DNA of 64,000 bases from Patescibacteria group bacterium (lineage in GTDB: Bacteria; Patescibacteriota; Patescibacteriia; UBA2591; JAQUPP01): positions 139,717 to 203,716 of the forward strand of contig JAQUPP010000002.1 in assembly GCA_028716665.1 (NCBI GenBank), in the 5' to 3' direction. The position numbers were made by a program, and so were the translations under genes. The notes below the pieces were generated by a model. That model saw only the letters and a list, made by a program, of their open reading frames with translations. It did no database searches and was not told the origin of the DNA. Shown here in pieces: positions 46,973-57,381 of this stretch. Numbering within the stretch: position 1 is the stretch's first letter; every line of letters begins with the position of its first letter.

Positions 46973-47596
46973 ATGAAAAATAAAATACTTATTTTAATTT
47001 TTGTTATCTTATTTTGTGCGGGGATCGGTTGCTGGTTTATTAGAAAATATCAAATTCCTGTTTCAAAAACAATCAGCGAATCTGTTGCGATTGAAATAAT
47101 AAAAAATCAATTTCCAGAATTCAAAGAATATCCAAGCAATCAGTTGCCGCCAAAATCCATTAAAACTCAGAAAACAGACGACGGCTGGCATATTGCTTTT
47201 ATTCAAGAAGGTTCCGGACGGCCGATTATTTCAGCAACCTGTTTTTTTATGGATAACCAAAAGAATATTATGAGCCAGAGAATATATAATCCAACCATTG
47301 AAGAAGATTCAACCGTAGAATTGTCGCCGATAACTTGCACTCCGGGCGCCTGTTCATTGGAAAATTGTCATGGATTGGACATAAAATGCGGTTCAAATCC
47401 GCCTGATGTTTGCACGGAAATATACTTAATCGGGGATAAATGTCTGCAATATGCCAAATGCGGCGTTCAAAATGGCGAATGCCGGCAAATAGAAAATTCT
47501 CAATTTACAGAGTGCAAATCATGCGTTCAAAAATGCATAGACGCTAATGAAAATGATAATATAAAGTTGTTTAACTGTGAGAGTAAGTGTAAATAA
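46973..47596 (+). CDS. Membrane-anchored Cys-rich protein
   Basis: N-terminal TM; Cys-rich C-terminal half. Confidence 0.65.
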   Translation: MKNKILILIFVILFCAGIGCWFIRKYQIPVSKTISESVAIEIIKNQFPEFKEYPSNQLPPKSIKTQKTDDGWHIAFIQEGSGRPIISATCFFMDNQKNIMSQRIYNPTIEEDSTVELSPITCTPGACSLENCHGLDIKCGSNPPDVCTEIYLIGDKCLQYAKCGVQNGECRQIENSQFTECKSCVQKCIDANENDNIKLFNCESKCK

Positions 47597-47612
47597 AAAA
47601 AGAATATTTAGC

Positions 47613-49427
47613 ATGAAATCAACACATTCAAATATAATTTATCCAAAAGTATACGTTAAAGACGTATTTAATTCAATTTGGAAGGGTGTACGCCGAAACT
47701 GGCCTTCACTGGCAATCAGTGTTATTGGCATTGGCGCTCAAAACGTTTTTGCCATAATTATTCCTCTTTATTATAAGCATTTATTTGATGCCTTAACTTC
47801 GGGAGAAAAAATTATGTCCTCTCAAGCTAAAGCCGATTTGGCGCCCCAACTTATACATATTATTTTAATCATTTTAGGTCTCAATATTTTAAAATGGCTC
47901 GGCGCGCGCATTGGCTCATTTGCAAACGGGTATTTTCAAATAAAATCAATGGCCACTTTACGCGAGCAAGCCTATGATTCTTTGCAGTATCATTCATACA
48001 GTTTTTTTACTAATAATTTTACCGGCGCTTTAGTGCAGAGAATAAGTCGATACGCGCGGGCTTTTGAGCGTTTGGCTGATCGTATTACTTGGGATTTATG
48101 GCCGCTCATTATCCGCATTACCGGTACGGTTATTATCGTTTGGACTATCAAGCCAGGATTAGCCATTCTGATTTTATGTTGGGCGTTGGTAAATATGACT
48201 GTTAATTATTTTTTTTCGCTCTGGCGCCTGCCTTATAGAATAAAAGCCGCCGCAGCGGACTCGCATACTACCGCTGTTCTCGCTGATGCTATTACCAATC
48301 AAAACAATATTGATGTATTTAATCGTCATAAAGACGAATTTAAATATTTAAAAAAAGCGACAACCGCTCAGCAAGAAATAAATCTTTTAAATTGGAATAT
48401 TCACAATTGGCTTGATGCTATCCAATCTGGTCTTATTTTGCTGGTGGAATTTTTTATTTTTTATTTTGCCATTCATTATTGGCAAGCAGGCGTTGTGACC
48501 GTAGGCACTTTTATATTATTGCAACTTTACGTCATCAGTCTTGGCGGGACCTTATGGGATTTTAGCCGTATTATCCGCGATTTTTATGAAAGCTATGCCG
48601 ATGCCAAAGAAATGGTTGAAATTATGAAACTGCCTCATGAAATTAAAAATATTCCAACAGCGCAACCCCTCCGCGTTTCTTCCGGCAAAGTGGCCTTTAA
48701 TGACGTCAGTTTTTCTTTTAATAATAATCGTAAAGTTTTGAAAAATATAAATGTCAAAATTGAAGCCGGAGAAAAAGTGGCTTTAGTCGGTCCTTCAGGT
48801 GCCGGAAAAACAACTTTTATCAGATTGCTTTTGAGATTTCATGATGTGACCAGCGGCGAAATTGTGATTGACGGACAAAATATTCATAATGTGACGCTAG
48901 AAAGTTTGCGAGAGGCGATTAGTTTAGTGCCGCAAGATCCGCTCCTTTTTCATCGCACGATTATGGAAAATATCCGCTATGGCAAGCCATCGGCCACGGA
49001 TGACGAAGTGATAAAAGCGGCTGAGCTTGCTCATTGCGACGAATTTATAGAAGGTTTGGCTCAAAAATATGATACCTATGTCGGCGAACGGGGCATCAAA
49101 CTCTCGGGCGGAGAGAGGCAAAGAGTTGCCATTGCCCGGGCTATTCTTAAAAATGCTCCGATTTTAATTCTTGACGAAGCCACTTCAAGCTTGGATTCTT
49201 ATTCGGAAAGCTTGATTCAAGACGCTCTTGATAATCTTATGAAAGACAAGACGGTAATTGTTATTGCTCATCGTCTTTCCACTATTCGCAAAATGAACAG
49301 AATCATAGTGATGAAGCAGGGGAGTATTTCTGAAGAAGGCACGCACGAAAATCTTATTAATGAGAAAGACGGCTTATACGCCAAATTATGGAATCTTCAA
49401 GCCGGCGGTTTTATCGCGAAAAAATAA
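47613..49427 (+). CDS. ABC exporter, fused permease/ATPase
   Basis: TM domain; GPSGAGKT, LSGGERQR, ILDEATSSLD; start set to ATG 47613. Confidence 0.93.
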   Translation: MKSTHSNIIYPKVYVKDVFNSIWKGVRRNWPSLAISVIGIGAQNVFAIIIPLYYKHLFDALTSGEKIMSSQAKADLAPQLIHIILIILGLNILKWLGARIGSFANGYFQIKSMATLREQAYDSLQYHSYSFFTNNFTGALVQRISRYARAFERLADRITWDLWPLIIRITGTVIIVWTIKPGLAILILCWALVNMTVNYFFSLWRLPYRIKAAAADSHTTAVLADAITNQNNIDVFNRHKDEFKYLKKATTAQQEINLLNWNIHNWLDAIQSGLILLVEFFIFYFAIHYWQAGVVTVGTFILLQLYVISLGGTLWDFSRIIRDFYESYADAKEMVEIMKLPHEIKNIPTAQPLRVSSGKVAFNDVSFSFNNNRKVLKNINVKIEAGEKVALVGPSGAGKTTFIRLLLRFHDVTSGEIVIDGQNIHNVTLESLREAISLVPQDPLLFHRTIMENIRYGKPSATDDEVIKAAELAHCDEFIEGLAQKYDTYVGERGIKLSGGERQRVAIARAILKNAPILILDEATSSLDSYSESLIQDALDNLMKDKTVIVIAHRLSTIRKMNRIIVMKQGSISEEGTHENLINEKDGLYAKLWNLQAGGFIAKK

Positions 49428-49453
49428 TCAATAAATTATAAAATTTTTACATT

Positions 49454-49717
49454 ATGGAAAATAAAATCATTCAATTAAAGAAGGGTATATGGTCCAATAA
49501 ATATTTCTGCAAATTGGCGTTATTGGATCACTTGCGCGAATGTTTGGAAAAAGATAATTATTTAAAGGCCACTGACGCGTCCAAAAATTCAGACGGCTAC
49601 AAAAATTTGGATAAAGAATTAATGGATCTTAAAATCATTTTGGACTTGTATTTTGATGACAACAATGAACTTCACGCGCAAAGAATTGACAAGTTTATAG
49701 ATAAGTTGGAAAAATAG
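49454..49717 (+). CDS. Hypothetical protein (weakly MazG-like helical pattern)
   Basis: DHLRECLE...DKELMDL. Confidence 0.45.
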   Translation: MENKIIQLKKGIWSNKYFCKLALLDHLRECLEKDNYLKATDASKNSDGYKNLDKELMDLKIILDLYFDDNNELHAQRIDKFIDKLEK

Positions 49718-49758
49718 GCGTAAAAATAAGTTAGGCGCAATAAAGTTGAAATTAATTT

Positions 49759-50628
49759 ATGATTTATAAAATATCCTTACTGAATTTTTTATACGGCCAT
49801 CTCATGCCATCCGAAGATTCAATGCTGGTTGATGGAAAAATTTTTTGTGTTGCTGACGGAGTAACAAGGGATCCAATTTTTTCAAAAGATTTTACCAGAT
49901 TGTCATACGAAGAGGCTTTGAAAAAATATCCGAATCCGAGTGGTGCAAAATTAGCAGCGGATATTTTTTGTGAATCGTTTATAAAGTCATTAAAAAACAA
50001 AAGCTTTTCAATAAAAAATGTTAGAGACGCATTTATTTTCGGGAATAAAGAAATTTTTAAACTAAACAAGAAGTATATTAAAAAAGTTGATTATCTGGTA
50101 AATGATTTTTTCAGCTGTGTTGCTATTGGTGGAATAATTCATGGCAATAAACTATTCTGGGGTGGAATATGTGATTGTGGAATAATTATTTACGATAAAC
50201 ATGGCAAGGTAAAATTTCAAACTCCAAACTGGATGAAGCCATTTGAAGAATATGAAAAACAATATCTGCAAAAATCCGATTTCAATTTTGCTATGCCTAA
50301 ATATCGCAAAATGATCAGGTCGGAATATAGAAACAACATTAAAAAAATCATAGATGATAAATGTGTTTCTTATGGCGCTTTAACGGGCGAGAGTGCAGGT
50401 GAAAAGTTTATGAATTTTGGAGAAATTGAATTGAACAAAGGAGATTTAATCATTTTTTATTCCGATGGTTTTGAAGCTACAGTACAACACAAAAAATTTT
50501 TCAGAATTATTTATCAAAAAACGAAACGCCTAATTGACCAACAATTTATTCCTTTTAGCTTATATCTTGCAAAACAAGATTATAATAAATTCGGCAAAGA
50601 AAGAACTTTAATAGCGGTTATTAATTAA
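49759..50628 (+). CDS. PP2C-like phosphatase-fold protein
   Basis: SEDS, FCVADGV, ICDCG, FYSDGF. Confidence 0.8.
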   Translation: MIYKISLLNFLYGHLMPSEDSMLVDGKIFCVADGVTRDPIFSKDFTRLSYEEALKKYPNPSGAKLAADIFCESFIKSLKNKSFSIKNVRDAFIFGNKEIFKLNKKYIKKVDYLVNDFFSCVAIGGIIHGNKLFWGGICDCGIIIYDKHGKVKFQTPNWMKPFEEYEKQYLQKSDFNFAMPKYRKMIRSEYRNNIKKIIDDKCVSYGALTGESAGEKFMNFGEIELNKGDLIIFYSDGFEATVQHKKFFRIIYQKTKRLIDQQFIPFSLYLAKQDYNKFGKERTLIAVIN

Positions 50629-50650
50629 AATTTTTTAATTTTTACTAATT

Positions 50651-51388
50651 ATGGCATTAAATTTGTACGAAATGGATCCTCAAATTTATGATGACTATAT
50701 AGATACCAGAATTGAAAGAATAAATTTCAATAAAGTTTTTGATTTAATCAAAAAAATTGCCAACAAAAAAGAATCTGTTGAAATTCTTGATTTTTGTTGT
50801 GGGACAGGCCTTTTTCCAAGAAAATGGCTGACAAAAATAAACAATATAAAATATCTTGGAGTTGATATAAATTCTGATTTTATCAAGTTCGCCAAAAAGA
50901 AATTAAAAAATAATAGGTTTGGTTTTGTTGTTAATGATTCAATTTTATTCAAAACTGATAAAAAATTTGATATTATTCTCGCTACTTCGTCTTATCATCA
51001 TATTCAAGATAATAAAAAAAGAGTATTTCTTAAAAATATTTTTTCTCATCTTAAAAACGATGGTATTTTAATTGTTTATGAAAAAATTATTGACACTTTT
51101 TCTAATAAAATTGAAGCAGTTGATAGTAGTACTCAATTTTACCTTGAAAGAATAAAATATATGATGAAAGCTGAGAAGCTCAGTAAAAATCAATTATTTG
51201 CTTTGTTTAACGAACAATATCTTACTGCAATTCGCCACGAAGAATATAAAGTTGATTTTCAGTATTTTAAAGATGACATAGAAGCCAGCGGAATGAATAT
51301 AAAAGAATATATTAAATTATGGCCAAAAGAAAATTTATTTCACAACGATAAAATCGGAGATTTTGTGTTTCTTATTGTAAAAAAATAA
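50651..51388 (+). CDS. Class I SAM-dependent methyltransferase
   Basis: ILDFCCGTG, GVDIN, FDII, LKNDG. Confidence 0.9.
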   Translation: MALNLYEMDPQIYDDYIDTRIERINFNKVFDLIKKIANKKESVEILDFCCGTGLFPRKWLTKINNIKYLGVDINSDFIKFAKKKLKNNRFGFVVNDSILFKTDKKFDIILATSSYHHIQDNKKRVFLKNIFSHLKNDGILIVYEKIIDTFSNKIEAVDSSTQFYLERIKYMMKAEKLSKNQLFALFNEQYLTAIRHEEYKVDFQYFKDDIEASGMNIKEYIKLWPKENLFHNDKIGDFVFLIVKK

Positions 51389-51441
51389 TATAAATTTGCT
51401 TCTTTTAGTAAAATTTATTAATATTAAGTCATATCTTAATC

Positions 51442-52515
51442 ATGAAAAAGCTTGAATATTATCCATGGAGCCCTAGAATATTAGATAATGCCCTAAAAGA
51501 ATATACCAAAGGCAAAATTCCCACAGCTTATCTTGAATTGACGGCCAAGTGCAGTTATTGTCAATGTTTATATTGCGATTCAAAGTCAGGTATGGCAAAT
51601 CGCGGCGAATTGACATTTCCGGAAATAAAGAAACTGATTTTAAAACTCAAGAAATTGGGACTTCAATGGCTTTTTATTTGCGGTCTGGGAGAACCAAGAG
51701 AAGAAAATAATTTTTTTGACATTCTTAAATTTTTAAAAGATCAAAATATCAAGGTTTCTTTTTTCACCAATGGTTTGGCTTATAAAGAAGAAGACGTAAA
51801 ACTTTTAAAAAAATATAATGCCAATATTATACTCAAGTTAGACACATTTGACGGAAAGACGTTTGATAAAATTTTATCTAAAAAAGGAGCCAGCAAGAAA
51901 ATATATAATTTCGTGGATAAGCTTATTCAAGATAATTTCATAAAAGTCAACTCGGATAACGAAACAAATCTTGCTTTTTCCATTGTCGCGACAAAGTTGA
52001 ATTTTGACGCAATCCCCGATGTTATTAATTTTTGCAAAAAGCATAATATTTTTCCGTGTGTTGATGAAATGGAATATACGCATAGAGCTAAATTAAATTA
52101 TAAAGATCTTAAAATAAACGATAGCGATTTAATTGAATTAAAAACAAAAATAGATAAAATTTTAGGTTATCCGTACAAGAGAACTCTTTGCCAGGGAATA
52201 ATACCCGGCCTGCACATAAATAATGTCGGAAAAATTATTATTGATAAAAGAACGGGTTTAAGTTGTGATTGGTTTTTTCAAGAAGATCCTGTATATGTGG
52301 AAATAGGAGATGCAAGAAGCGATAATTTATCTGATGTCGTGCGCAAAATGAATGAATACAGAATAAAAAAACTTCCGGATATTAAATCTTTATTTTCAAA
52401 CAGAACATCAACAATATCTGCGGGCGGGGGCACAAAGCCAAGTACTTGGTATAAACGCTATATTAATGTAATGAATGCGATAAAAAAAGAAAATGATTTT
52501 GTAAATATGTTATAA
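51442..52515 (+). CDS. Radical SAM protein (atypical Cys spacing)
   Basis: LELTAKCSYCQCLYC, CGLGEP, FTNG. Confidence 0.8.
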   Translation: MKKLEYYPWSPRILDNALKEYTKGKIPTAYLELTAKCSYCQCLYCDSKSGMANRGELTFPEIKKLILKLKKLGLQWLFICGLGEPREENNFFDILKFLKDQNIKVSFFTNGLAYKEEDVKLLKKYNANIILKLDTFDGKTFDKILSKKGASKKIYNFVDKLIQDNFIKVNSDNETNLAFSIVATKLNFDAIPDVINFCKKHNIFPCVDEMEYTHRAKLNYKDLKINDSDLIELKTKIDKILGYPYKRTLCQGIIPGLHINNVGKIIIDKRTGLSCDWFFQEDPVYVEIGDARSDNLSDVVRKMNEYRIKKLPDIKSLFSNRTSTISAGGGTKPSTWYKRYINVMNAIKKENDFVNML

Positions 52516-52527
52516 TAATTTAATACT

Positions 52528-53106
52528 ATGACCGAAATTAAAATTTTAATTGAGGGTTACGCAAAACCATTGAAAAATGGCTGGTTGGCGAATTCTTCTG
52601 TTGTTTTTATAAAATCAAATGGAAAAAATATCATTGCAGACCCCGGTTTTGACAGAGAAAAATTATTAAGCGCATTGAAGAAAGAAAAATTAAAAACTTC
52701 GGATATTGATTTTGTATTTTTAACTCACGGACATATTGATCATTCGCTTCTGTCTGGAATTTTTGAAAAGGCAAAAATAGTTGATGAACTTTATATTTAT
52801 CAAAAAGATATCATTATTAAACACAATGGAATTATTCCTAACACTGACCTAAAAGTAATTCGTACGCCCGGCCATATGGAAGAGCACTGTTCCTTAATTG
52901 TTGAAACAAAAAAAGGAGTTTATGCTGTTGCCGGAGATGTTTTTTGGTGGTTGGAGAATGAAAAGCAAGAAATAGATATCAGTAAACCGGATAACGATCC
53001 GGAACATATGAATCTTCAAAAACTTATTGTCTCCCGTAAAAAAATACTAAAACTGGCTGATTATATAATTCCAGGACACGGTAAAATGTTTAGGGTTAAA
53101 AAATAA
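52528..53106 (+). CDS. MBL-fold metallo-hydrolase
   Basis: THGHIDH, TPGH, AGD, IPGHG. Confidence 0.9.
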   Translation: MTEIKILIEGYAKPLKNGWLANSSVVFIKSNGKNIIADPGFDREKLLSALKKEKLKTSDIDFVFLTHGHIDHSLLSGIFEKAKIVDELYIYQKDIIIKHNGIIPNTDLKVIRTPGHMEEHCSLIVETKKGVYAVAGDVFWWLENEKQEIDISKPDNDPEHMNLQKLIVSRKKILKLADYIIPGHGKMFRVKK

Positions 53107-53115
53107 TTTTTATTT

Positions 53116-53520
53116 ATGACAAAACAATATTTAAATCCAAAAAATTTTACTCACATCATGGGTGCGTATTCGCACGGCCTAAAGATTGATATTGGCGATT
53201 CCGAGATGATTTTTGTAACCGGCCAAATCGCCATGGACAAAGATGGAAATGCGGTCGCGCCGAACGATATAGTAAAACAGACGGAATTTGTGTTTGAGAA
53301 TATTCAAGCTATTCTTAAAGAAGGCAATGCCTCAATTGACGATGTGGTAAAAGCGGTTATTTACGTTACTGATATTTCTAAATTTAAAGAAATTTCGGCT
53401 GTGAGAAATAAATATTTTGCAAACGCCAAGCCCGTAAGTACGCTGGTTGAAATTAATAAAACCGTAAAAGAGGGTTGCGATATTGAGATTGAAGTGATGG
53501 CGATAAAAAAGAAACATTAA
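53116..53520 (+). CDS. RidA/YjgF family protein
   Basis: GAYSHG, VTGQIA, PVSTLVE, IEIEVMA. Confidence 0.9.
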   Translation: MTKQYLNPKNFTHIMGAYSHGLKIDIGDSEMIFVTGQIAMDKDGNAVAPNDIVKQTEFVFENIQAILKEGNASIDDVVKAVIYVTDISKFKEISAVRNKYFANAKPVSTLVEINKTVKEGCDIEIEVMAIKKKH

Positions 53521-53532
53521 TTTTAATAATTT

Positions 53533-54549
53533 ATGAAGTTTTATCAAGAAATAATAAAAAAATCCAAATCTGTTGATGGTAAATTCAAGAAAATCAATGA
53601 ATCTCAACTAAACAGGATAAAGATAATTTTTCATATTCCTAAATTTCATCCTAGGGCAAAAGCAATTTCAGGCTATACTTTTAGTCCATTGGCTTTGGAA
53701 AATCTTACAAAAAATAAAACTTACAATTTAACGAAAAATCATATCTTTATTATAGATGAATCAGTCAGCAAGCAATCATTTGTCAGAGAGTTTATTAAAA
53801 AACAAAATATCAGTCCAATCATTCTTAAATCAATTGAGGGTAAAGTTAAGACCAAGCCTTTTCTTGATGAATTGATAAAAAACCATGATTTGAATAAAAA
53901 ACAAAATTTAACATTAGTCATTATTGGAGGGGGTTTGCTTCTTAATGTCGGCGCTTATCTTGCGGAAAAATTGTCAGCAAATCTTATTCTTTTCCCGACT
54001 ACTGTTATAGCAATGGCTGATGGCGCAGGAGGAAAAGTTAGAATAAATTTTATTTCCGATAATCGCGCCTACAAACATTTTTATAAGTCGTTTTACGAAC
54101 CAAACGCGATTTTTCTTGATAAGAGATTTCTTGAGTCGCTTCCCAAAAAACAAATCAGTATTGGTTTTGTTGAGATTATAAAACATGGTTTGTTTCAGAG
54201 TCCTAAACTTTATGATTATATTCTTCGTTCAGGAAAAGATTTTTTTGTCGACATAAAAAAACTAAAAAAAGCCATTTTTTGGGCAGCAGCCTTGAAGAAT
54301 GTATGTATTGATGTTGACGTAGAAGAAAATGAGAATGGTTCTAGAAAAATTCTAAGGGGAGGACATGATTTTTCTGATAGAATCGAGGAAGATTTAAAAC
54401 TTGAAATTCCTCACGGAATTGCTGTTGCAATTGGAATCATAAAGCAGCTAGAAATGGAGCGCGAAAATGAGCTTCTTGATAAAGCAAAAAAGTTATTTAA
54501 TATCTTAAATATTCCTTATACTATTGAAGATTTTAATAAATGGAATTAA
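53533..54549 (+). CDS. Dehydroquinate synthase-like sugar-phosphate cyclase (divergent)
   Basis: IGGGLLLN, PTTVIAMAD..GGK, EIIKHG, RKIL.GGH, HGIAVAIG. Confidence 0.75.
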   Translation: MKFYQEIIKKSKSVDGKFKKINESQLNRIKIIFHIPKFHPRAKAISGYTFSPLALENLTKNKTYNLTKNHIFIIDESVSKQSFVREFIKKQNISPIILKSIEGKVKTKPFLDELIKNHDLNKKQNLTLVIIGGGLLLNVGAYLAEKLSANLILFPTTVIAMADGAGGKVRINFISDNRAYKHFYKSFYEPNAIFLDKRFLESLPKKQISIGFVEIIKHGLFQSPKLYDYILRSGKDFFVDIKKLKKAIFWAAALKNVCIDVDVEENENGSRKILRGGHDFSDRIEEDLKLEIPHGIAVAIGIIKQLEMERENELLDKAKKLFNILNIPYTIEDFNKWN

Positions 54550-54587
54550 CGCGTCTCTATTTATCTTTAATTTTTATTTCCAAAATT

Positions 54588-55775
54588 ATGCAAGTAAAAG
54601 AAATGGATAAAAAATTTTTATCACGAGATTTGCCGCCCGACGATATTGAAATAGTAAAGTCAGATGGGAATTTTTTATTTGATTCCAAAGGGAAAAAATA
54701 CATAGATTTTTTAATGGGTTGGTGCGTTGGAAATGTCGGTTGGGGGAACGAAGAAATAAAAAAGAAAATAAAAAAATATAATGGGCCGGACTATGTTAAT
54801 CCGAATTATTTGTATAAATCATGGGCTGAATTGGCAGAATTGTTGGCAAAAATAACACCGGGTAAATTGAAAAAGAGTTTTCGCGCGACTGGCGGAACGG
54901 AAGCGGTGGAAATCGCGCTTCAAGCGGCTATGTCGCACACCAAACGGCATAAATTTATTTCCATTGAAGGCAGCTATCACGGCCATTCAATCGGAGCGAT
55001 GAGCGTCGGGTCTTCTGATTTTCGTAATTGGTATAAAAATCTCCTGCCGGATTGTTATAAAATAAAACCGCCCTTGGACGATAAAGCGGCTGATGAAGTT
55101 GAAAAATTATTAAAACAAAAAGACATTGCTGCTCTGATTATGGAACCGATTATTTGTAATCTCGGCGTAATAATTCCGGAAAAAGAATTTATGACCCGAG
55201 CGCAATCGTCTTGTAAAAAATACGGTACCTTACTGATTATGGACGAAGTGGCGACCGGTTTTGAGAGAACCGGAAAATTATTTGCTTCAGAATATTTTGA
55301 CCTAGAACCGGACATTATGTGTTTGGCAAAGGGGATTACCGGCGGTTATGGCGGTTTGGGCGCGACAATCACAACCGAAGAAATTGCAAAATCAATGGAA
55401 TACGAATTCAGTTTTTATTCAACCTATGGTTGGCATCCGTTAAGCGCAGAAATTGCCATTGCTAATATCAAATATATCTTGAAACATAAAAAACAATTGG
55501 AGAAAAATATAAATGAAATGAGCAAATATTTTACAGAACGGCTTTCAAAAATGAAATTTAAATATCCGGCCAATGTTCATGTCAAAGGATTGGCAATAGG
55601 AGTTGAATTTAAAAAACCAAATTACGCTAATCAAATAGTTGCTCAATCGCAAAAAAACGGTGTTTTATTTTCATCACTTGGTAATACGATATTCACTTTA
55701 TTTCCGGCTTTAAATATTGATAGAAAAACAGCCGAAAAAGGATTGAATATTTTAGAAAAATCTTTAATGTTATAA
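54588..55775 (+). CDS. Class III PLP-dependent aminotransferase (start uncertain)
   Basis: GKKYIDF, GTEAVE, YHG, DEVATGFERTG, LAKGI. Confidence 0.92.
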   Translation: MQVKEMDKKFLSRDLPPDDIEIVKSDGNFLFDSKGKKYIDFLMGWCVGNVGWGNEEIKKKIKKYNGPDYVNPNYLYKSWAELAELLAKITPGKLKKSFRATGGTEAVEIALQAAMSHTKRHKFISIEGSYHGHSIGAMSVGSSDFRNWYKNLLPDCYKIKPPLDDKAADEVEKLLKQKDIAALIMEPIICNLGVIIPEKEFMTRAQSSCKKYGTLLIMDEVATGFERTGKLFASEYFDLEPDIMCLAKGITGGYGGLGATITTEEIAKSMEYEFSFYSTYGWHPLSAEIAIANIKYILKHKKQLEKNINEMSKYFTERLSKMKFKYPANVHVKGLAIGVEFKKPNYANQIVAQSQKNGVLFSSLGNTIFTLFPALNIDRKTAEKGLNILEKSLML

Positions 55776-55806
55776 TTTAAATAATTAATTAATTTAAATA
55801 AAATTT

Positions 55807-56001
55807 ATGGTACAATTTTTAACGCAGAATCCATGGGCAATGTATTTAATAATTATCTGGTGTTTGCCGTGGAAGGGAATAGCGCTTTGGATGGCGGCCA
55901 GACGAAATGATATTTGGTGGTTTGTGGCACTCTTAGTGATTAATACCTTGGGAATACTTGAAATTCTTTATATTTTTGTATTCAGCAAAAGGAAGGTTTA
56001 A
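55807..56001 (+). CDS. Small membrane protein (DUF5652-like)
   Basis: WKGIALWMAAR...WF...NTLGILEILYIF. Confidence 0.75.
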   Translation: MVQFLTQNPWAMYLIIIWCLPWKGIALWMAARRNDIWWFVALLVINTLGILEILYIFVFSKRKV

Positions 56002-56033
56002 TTTTTTCAATTGGCTGATTAAACCTTAAAATT

Positions 56034-56573
56034 ATGCCGCTTTATTTTATTACCGGAAATAAAAATAAATTCGCTGAAGTAAAATCAATATTGAATGATG
56101 TTGAACAATTGGATATTAATTTGACGGAAATTCAGGATATTGACGCAAAAAATATTGTTAAAGAAAAATTATTGGAAGCGTTAAAACATCAAAAAGGCGA
56201 ATTTATTATTGAAGACACATCGCTTTATTTGGATTGTCTTAATGGTTTGCCCGGTCCGTTGATAAAATGGTTTTTACAGACGATCGGGAATGAAGGCATA
56301 TTTAAAATCGCGGAAAAGTGGGGTAATTTTAAAGCAGAGGCCAAAACTATTGTCGGTTACGCCAAAAGTCCGGAAGAAATATATTTTTTTGAGGGCTCGG
56401 TAAAAGGAGAAATTGTCGTTCCAAGAGGGGAAACTAATTTTGGCTGGGATCCGATTTTTCAGGCGGAAGGCATGGATAAAAGTTTTGCCGAAATCAGCCG
56501 AGAAGAAAAAAATTCCATCAGTATGAGACGAAAGGCATTGAATAAATTTAAAGAATTTATTGAGAAAAAATAA
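56034..56573 (+). CDS. Non-canonical purine NTP pyrophosphatase (Ham1/ITPase family)
   Basis: TGNKNK, EDTSL, GLPGP, FGWDPIF, KNSISMR. Confidence 0.92.
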   Translation: MPLYFITGNKNKFAEVKSILNDVEQLDINLTEIQDIDAKNIVKEKLLEALKHQKGEFIIEDTSLYLDCLNGLPGPLIKWFLQTIGNEGIFKIAEKWGNFKAEAKTIVGYAKSPEEIYFFEGSVKGEIVVPRGETNFGWDPIFQAEGMDKSFAEISREEKNSISMRRKALNKFKEFIEKK

Positions 56574-56711
56574 TTATAATTTATAAAATAGCTCCATCTT
56601 CGGATTAGAGGGGCTATTTTTTAAAATTTGACCTTTTTTTAATTTGTGATATAATTAGAAAAAGCAGGCTGATTAGCATTATTACTTTATTAGTGTTAAA
56701 ATAATATTAAT

Positions 56712-57374
56712 ATGAAAATTACGCGATTTGCGCAATCTTGTGTTCTAATTGAAACAAAAAATAAAAGGATTTTAATTGATCCCGGAAATATTCAATACCA
56801 GGAATCATTTTTAAATAATGAATGGAAAGACGTTGATGTTTTATTGATTACACATAAACACGCGGATCATTGCCATATTGATGCTATTAAAGAAATTATA
56901 AAAAATAAAAAAACAAAGTTTTATACCACCCAAGAAGTTGCCGCCGCTTATCCGGAAATTCAATCAGAAATTATAAAGGAAGGTGATATTTTAAACTGCG
57001 ATGATATTAAAATTGAGGCAGTAAAGGCGATTCACGGTTATGTCCCTTTTCTTAAGGGCGATAAAGAAATAAAAGAAAATGTCGGATATATAATTGATGA
57101 TGGTGCTTGCAGAGTTTATCAAACCAGCGACACCATTTGTTTTAATAATAATTATAAGTGTGATGTTCTATTCGTGCCGGTTTGCGATCACGGTTTAGTG
57201 ATGGGTCCTTATGAGGCAGCATTGTTCACCAAAGAAACGGGTGCCAAATTAGTTGTGCCGATCCATTATGACAATCCGAAATATCCCGCTGATTTTGAGC
57301 GCGTGAAAAAAGAATTTGAAGCACAAGATTTGAATTTTAAATTTTTAACGATAGGAGAGAGTTTTATAAAATAA
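56712..57374 (+). CDS. MBL-fold metallo-hydrolase (UPF0173-like)
   Basis: ILIDPG, THKHADH, PIHY. Confidence 0.88.
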   Translation: MKITRFAQSCVLIETKNKRILIDPGNIQYQESFLNNEWKDVDVLLITHKHADHCHIDAIKEIIKNKKTKFYTTQEVAAAYPEIQSEIIKEGDILNCDDIKIEAVKAIHGYVPFLKGDKEIKENVGYIIDDGACRVYQTSDTICFNNNYKCDVLFVPVCDHGLVMGPYEAALFTKETGAKLVVPIHYDNPKYPADFERVKKEFEAQDLNFKFLTIGESFIK

Positions 57375-57381
57375 TATTAAT

